IMG/VR virus record: IMGVR_UViG_3300022181_000124
Coordinates: 1 to 40,343 of that record
Source: a virus
Taxonomy: Duplodnaviria; Caudoviricetes
Strand: one strand, 5' to 3'
DNA length: 40,343 nucleotides
A program made the translations under genes and the position numbers. A model generated the notes under the pieces. It saw only the letters and a program-made list of their open reading frames with translations. It made no database searches and was not told where the DNA came from. Positions 36,057 through 40,343 of the stretch are shown here, piece by piece (position 1 is the first letter of the stretch; every line of letters begins with the position of its first letter).

Positions 36057-36887
36057 ATGGGGAAGACAGTATTCGTAAACGGCGATCCCAGCCAGGGGAT
36101 CCAGGGAACCGTCGTAACGGCTGAGTTTCTTAATGCCGTTAACAATCACCGCCACCGCGGTCTTGACCAGGACGGTGACGGCGCCCTCGACTATGCGGTG
36201 GCCACGGGGAGTGGCGGGGCCTACGCGATCACCCTCACACCCGCGATGGACGCCTACATCGCCGGAATGCCCATCGTCTTCAAGGCCAACCATGCCAATA
36301 CCGGGGCGGCCACCCTGGCCGTCTGCGGCATGACGGCCCAGGCCATCAAGAAGAACATCGACGAGGACCTGGCCGCAGGGGACATCGAGAACGGTCAGCT
36401 TGTCGTCGTCATTTACGACGGCACGAATTTTCAGTTTGTCACGGTGGTCCCGGGATCCTCTGTTCCCGCCGGAGCCATCATGTATTGGCCGACGGAGACC
36501 CCGCCGGAAGGCTGGCTGGAGCGGGACGGCTCCGCTGTTTCCAGGACAACGTATGCCAGCCTGTTCGCGGCCATTGGGACGATGTACGGCGTCGGGGATG
36601 GAAGCACGACCTTCAACCTTCCGGACGATCGGGGCTTATTTGAGCGCGGCTGGGCGCATGGCTCCACGAACGATCCGGACCGTACATCCCGAACGAATCG
36701 GGGGGATGGGACCACGGGAGACCATGTGGGAACCATGCAGGCCGACGAATTCGAGAGCCATTCCAGTCACATCAAATCTGGTGGCTCGGTCAATTTCGGA
36801 GCGGCTGGAGCACTCACCTATGGCGCCCTTGGTGGCAATGAAACGCGGCCCATCAACCGGGCTTATATGCCCATCATCAAGTATTGA
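36057..36887 (+). CDS. Tail fibre protein with collar domain
   Basis: PEGWLERDGSAVSRTTYASLFAAIGT.YG.GDGSTTFNLPD.RG collar; ETRPINRA terminus. Confidence 0.88.
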   Translation: MGKTVFVNGDPSQGIQGTVVTAEFLNAVNNHRHRGLDQDGDGALDYAVATGSGGAYAITLTPAMDAYIAGMPIVFKANHANTGAATLAVCGMTAQAIKKNIDEDLAAGDIENGQLVVVIYDGTNFQFVTVVPGSSVPAGAIMYWPTETPPEGWLERDGSAVSRTTYASLFAAIGTMYGVGDGSTTFNLPDDRGLFERGWAHGSTNDPDRTSRTNRGDGTTGDHVGTMQADEFESHSSHIKSGGSVNFGAAGALTYGALGGNETRPINRAYMPIIKY

Positions 36888-36902
36888 AGGGAGGGCCTAT
36901 GC

Positions 36903-37460
36903 ATGCAGATCTACCATTACAGCGGTGAGACGGGCGAATTCCTGCGGGCTTCCGAGGCCCGAATCGACCCCCTGGAAACGAAAAAGACCGGGAGTCCTGT
37001 CTACCTCCGGCCGGCGAATTCAACTCCGGACGCCCCTCCGACTGCCGGCGAGCACCAGGCGGCCGTTTGTCGCGATGGGGCCTGGAGCCTGGTGGACGAT
37101 TACCGCGGGCAGAAATACTGGAACAAGGACACCGGCGAGGAGGTGACCATTCAGGATCTGGGCGCCCTCGACGCGGATTTCGTGGCGACGGAACCGACAT
37201 CCGGACTCTTTCAGCCCCAGTGGGACGGATCACAGTGGATCGAGACGGCCCTCGTTTATGGCGGAGTGGTAGTCGCATCGAAGGCCGACGTCGACCGGGT
37301 CACACGCCAGAGGATTGTGGATCTCGGCGAGGAAAAGGCCAAAACAGAGAAGATCCTTGCCGGGACGGAGGCATGCGCCATCTGGGACACCTTTATTGCC
37401 GCCCGGGCAGTCATCCTGCAGGAAGGTGAGGATTTCATCGCCGCCAACAGCCTGACCTGA
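36903..37460 (+). CDS. Tail fibre assembly protein
   Basis: IYHYSGETGEF…PANSTPDAPP…WSLVDDYRG…WDGSQW. Confidence 0.82.
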   Translation: MQIYHYSGETGEFLRASEARIDPLETKKTGSPVYLRPANSTPDAPPTAGEHQAAVCRDGAWSLVDDYRGQKYWNKDTGEEVTIQDLGALDADFVATEPTSGLFQPQWDGSQWIETALVYGGVVVASKADVDRVTRQRIVDLGEEKAKTEKILAGTEACAIWDTFIAARAVILQEGEDFIAANSLT

Positions 37461-37475
37461 GATCTTTAAATAAGA

Positions 37476-37618
37476 AGCGGACAGCATTCCAGGGAGTTGC
37501 ACCTCCCCAGACCATGTGTAGCAAGCACATGACGGGATGACCCGCTGCCATCCGCTGTGCGTGGGCACGCGCGCGGTTTATAGCAGGGTCCGTCCCGGAT
37601 TACAATCTGAGGAGGACC
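37476..37618 (+). ncRNA. Structured 5' leader of the methyltransferase gene (multibranch fold plus SD-sequestering hairpin)
   Basis: Stems AGCGGA/TCCGCT, CAGC/GCTG, GGGAG/CTCCC, CATGTG/CACATG, CGGG/CCCG; then GGTCC…GGACC hairpin covering the SD. Confidence 0.6.
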
Positions 37619-37619
37619 G

Positions 37620-38399
37620 ATGAAGAGCATGCTGGCTTATGTAGGCGGCAAATCGTTACTTGCGAAGCACATTATTGAACGGATCCCCGAGCACCGCTGC
37701 TATTGTGAAGTATTCGCCGGTGCAGCCTGGGTCCTATTCAAGAAGGAAGAGTCCCCGGTGGAGATCATCAATGACATCAACACCGACCTGGTGACCCTTT
37801 ATCGGGTGGTCAAGCATCACTTGGACGAGTTCATTCGCTATCTGCGGTGGCTTCTCGTATCGAGAGAGGAATTCGAACGCTTCAAGGAGGAAAGCCCGGA
37901 TACTCTGACGGACATCCAACGGGCCGTCAGGTTCTACTATCTACTCCGAAACGGTTATGCGGGCCATATAGTGGCGCCCAGCTTCAGTATGAAGGCAACC
38001 GGCCGCCCCAGCTTCAACCTTCTGCGGATTGAAGAAGACCTGTCGGCGGCCCATCTTCGCCTGGCCAGGGTTTATATAGAGAATCTGCCTTATGAGAAAT
38101 TGATAAGCAGGGTTGATAAGCCTTTTACTTTCTTTTATCTGGATCCGCCATACTACGGTTTTGAGGACTATTACGGCCCCGGGATCTTTAAAAGGGAAGA
38201 CTTCACTAAGCTGGCAGATGTTCTACGGGGAGTTAAGGGAAAGTTCATGCTCTCAATAAATGACGTTCCCGAGATCCGGCAGATATTTAGAGGATTTGTC
38301 CTGGAGGAAGTTTCGACTTCCTACACAATAGCCGGTGGAAACCATCAAAAGAGGGCAGCAGAACTACTGATTCGCAACTACGAGATCAACGGTCGCTGA
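37620..38399 (+). CDS. D12-class N6-adenine DNA methyltransferase (Dam-like), in the mom position
   Basis: YVGGKS, EVFAGAA, INDIN, FFYLDPPY, ELLIRNY. Confidence 0.93.
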   Translation: MKSMLAYVGGKSLLAKHIIERIPEHRCYCEVFAGAAWVLFKKEESPVEIINDINTDLVTLYRVVKHHLDEFIRYLRWLLVSREEFERFKEESPDTLTDIQRAVRFYYLLRNGYAGHIVAPSFSMKATGRPSFNLLRIEEDLSAAHLRLARVYIENLPYEKLISRVDKPFTFFYLDPPYYGFEDYYGPGIFKREDFTKLADVLRGVKGKFMLSINDVPEIRQIFRGFVLEEVSTSYTIAGGNHQKRAAELLIRNYEINGR

Positions 38400-38494
38400 T
38401 CGACCGTCTGAAGGCATAAAAAAGCACTTAACCTGCCGATTTCAGATCCCTTAATAAATCGGACAGGTTTTGTGCGCCCTTCGCACACCCGTGT

Positions 38495-38568
38495 TCAGGT
38501 TGTCGCCGATTCTGTTTCGTTGTCGCCGATTATATTAATTTGTGTCGCCGAATAGATTACGCCTGACA
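38495..38568. repeat. Right end (attR) with three transposase-binding repeats
   Basis: GTTGTCGCCGATT at 38499-38511 and 38519-38531, TGTGTCGCCGAAT at 38541-38553; terminal CA at 38567-38568. Confidence 0.85.
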
Positions 38569-40343
38569 CGATCCGCGAGCAGAAGAAGGCGGGGTCGCTC
38601 TTTCATGCCCTGGACGAGACGGTCACTCCCATGGGGGGAAGGCGTCTCCGCTGGTGGCTTTCCTACCCCCTGGTGAATCCCCTGCGAATCAACGAGCGCC
38701 TGGAGGCGGTCGATGCGATCCGGGAGCGGAACCTCCTCCGGGACCGCCTCCGCAAGTCCCTGGCGGGAGTGCAGGACCTGGAGCGCCTGGCGGCCCGGGT
38801 CTCCATGGGAGTGGCCAACGGCCGGGACCTGGCGGCCCTCCGCTCCTCCCTGGAGCAGGTGCCGGCGGTCCTGGCGGCCATGGAGGAATGGACGGCGCCG
38901 CTGGCCGCTTCCCTGAAGGCGGACGTCGACGAGATGGCAGACCTGCGGGAGCTGATCGGGAGGGCCATCGTGGACGATCCTCCCTTCACCGTCCGAGAGG
39001 GCGGGATCATCCGGGAGGGGTACGATGCCGACCTGGACGGGCTCATCGCCCTGAGCCGCGACGGAAAGCGGGGAATCGCCTCGCTGGAGGAGACGGAGCG
39101 GAGGAAGACAGGCATCTCCACGCTGAAAGTGGGCTACAACAGCGTTTTCGGCTACTACATCGAGGTGACAAAGGCCAACGCCGACCGGGTGCCTCCGGAG
39201 TACGTCCGCAAGCAGACCCTGGTGAACGCGGAGCGCTACATCAACCAGGAGCTGAAGGAATACGAGCACTCCGTTCTCCACGCGGAGGAGCGCCGGCGGG
39301 AGCGGGAATATGAGCTCTTCACGGCGGTCCGCGACGAGGCGGCCCGGCAGGTGCGGCGGATCCAGGCCACCGCCTCGGCCCTGGCCGACCTGGATGCCCT
39401 GGCCTCCCTGGCGGAGGTGGCCCAGCGAGACAATTTCTGCCGTCCCGAGGTGGATGACGGGGACGTCATCGACATCCGGGACGGCCGTCATCCTGTCGTC
39501 GAAAAGGCGGTCTTCCCCGAGACCTTCGTCCCCAATGACACCCGCCTGGATGGGAGGGAGAACCGCTTCCTCATCATCACGGGGCCCAATATGGCCGGCA
39601 AGTCCACCTACATCCGGCAGGTGGCGCTCATCGTGATCCTGGCCCAGATGGGGGGGTTCGTTCCCGCCGCCTCCGCCCGGATCGGGGTGGCGGACCGGAT
39701 CTTCACGCGCATCGGCGCCGCCGACAACCTGGCCCGGGGCCAGAGCACCTTCATGGTGGAGATGAACGAGGTCGCCGGCATCCTCCGGCACGGCACGCCC
39801 CGGAGCCTCGTCATCCTCGACGAGGTGGGGCGCGGGACCAGCACCTTCGACGGCCTGTCCATCGCCTGGGCCGTGGCGGAGCATCTCCACGACGCGCCGG
39901 GCCTCCGGTGCCGGACCCTCTTCGCCACGCACTACCACCAGCTCACGGAAATGGCCGCCGCGAAGGAGGGCGTAAAGAACTACAACATCGCCGTCCGGGA
40001 ATGGGGGGACCGGATCATCTTCCTCCGGAAGATCATGGAGGGCGGGACGAACCGGAGCTACGGCATCCAGGTGGCCCGCATCGCCGGCGTCCCCGAGGAC
40101 GTGATCCAGCGGGCCCGGGAGATCCTGCACAACATCGAGAACGGCGAGTTCGACGAGGGCGGGATGCCCCGCCTTGCCCGGGGAAAGCGGGCGTCTCGGA
40201 AGGAGTCGAACCAGCTCAGCCTTTTCGCGGGCGTCCGGGACGACCTCCTGGAGGAGATCCGGGCGGCGGATCCCCTGAACATGACGCCCCTGGAGGCCCT
40301 GCAGCGCATCCAGGAATGGAAGGAGCGCCTGGAAAAGGAGTAG
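38569..40343 (+). pseudogene. mutS: 3' portion of DNA mismatch-repair gene mutS, interrupted by the prophage
   Basis: MutS-like frame runs back to the junction ([26 protein letters not shown]); [37 protein letters not shown]; N-terminal domains absent. Confidence 0.92.

Larger units (their letters stand above)
1..38568 (+). mobile_element. Mu-like transposable prophage (left end outside window)
   Basis: DDE transposase plus B ATPase, ner, gam, gemA and Mu-order head/tail genes; right end terminates in CA at 38567-38568 after three repeats and abuts an interrupted host mutS frame. Confidence 0.96.

Noticed and set aside
37476-37556. tRNA gene (cloverleaf-like fold)
   Set aside because: No TTC T-loop, D-loop GG or canonical arm lengths; treated as a structured leader.
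36057-37620. Diversity-generating retroelement at the tail fibre
   Set aside because: No reverse transcriptase and no template/variable repeat pair seen.
38495-38553. CRISPR-like short repeats
   Set aside because: Only three units at 20-22 bp period with no spacers of CRISPR size; position fits transposase-binding sites.

Overview
Positions 1-38568 are a nearly complete Mu-like (transposable, contractile-tailed) prophage. Its right end (…GCCTGACA at 38568, preceded by three transposase-binding repeats) interrupts the host mutS gene, whose 3' part fills 38569-40343. The left end lies outside the window. Gene order is Mu-like: an AT-rich leftward cargo operon behind an S24-type repressor (GAPS4-like nuclease pair, methyltransferase-Mrr fusion, two small proteins), then ner, transposase A, B ATPase, gemA, gam and a Com-like zinc ribbon, an AT-rich acyltransferase moron, lysis, head and tail modules, and a D12-class adenine methyltransferase in the mom position. 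Four features stand out. (1) The MuF gene has no start codon for its conserved N-terminus and is reachable only by a -1 shift on an A9 run at the end of the portal gene. This gives a ~1273-aa portal-MuF-kinase-like-ADP-ribosyltransferase-like fusion with a repeated EFAED motif (candidate protease site), faced by an antisense RHH plus small-protein cassette (candidate immunity). (2) Late control appears RNA-based: a sigma70 promoter runs into a strong terminator with a competing hairpin, the methyltransferase leader is structured and buries its SD, and a Com-like protein sits where Mu has C/Mor. (3) Near-perfect copies of the end-binding site are embedded in three internal genes. (4) The tail-chaperone gene has a +1 frameshift site. 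Family assignments come from motif recognition and synteny only; no searches were run.
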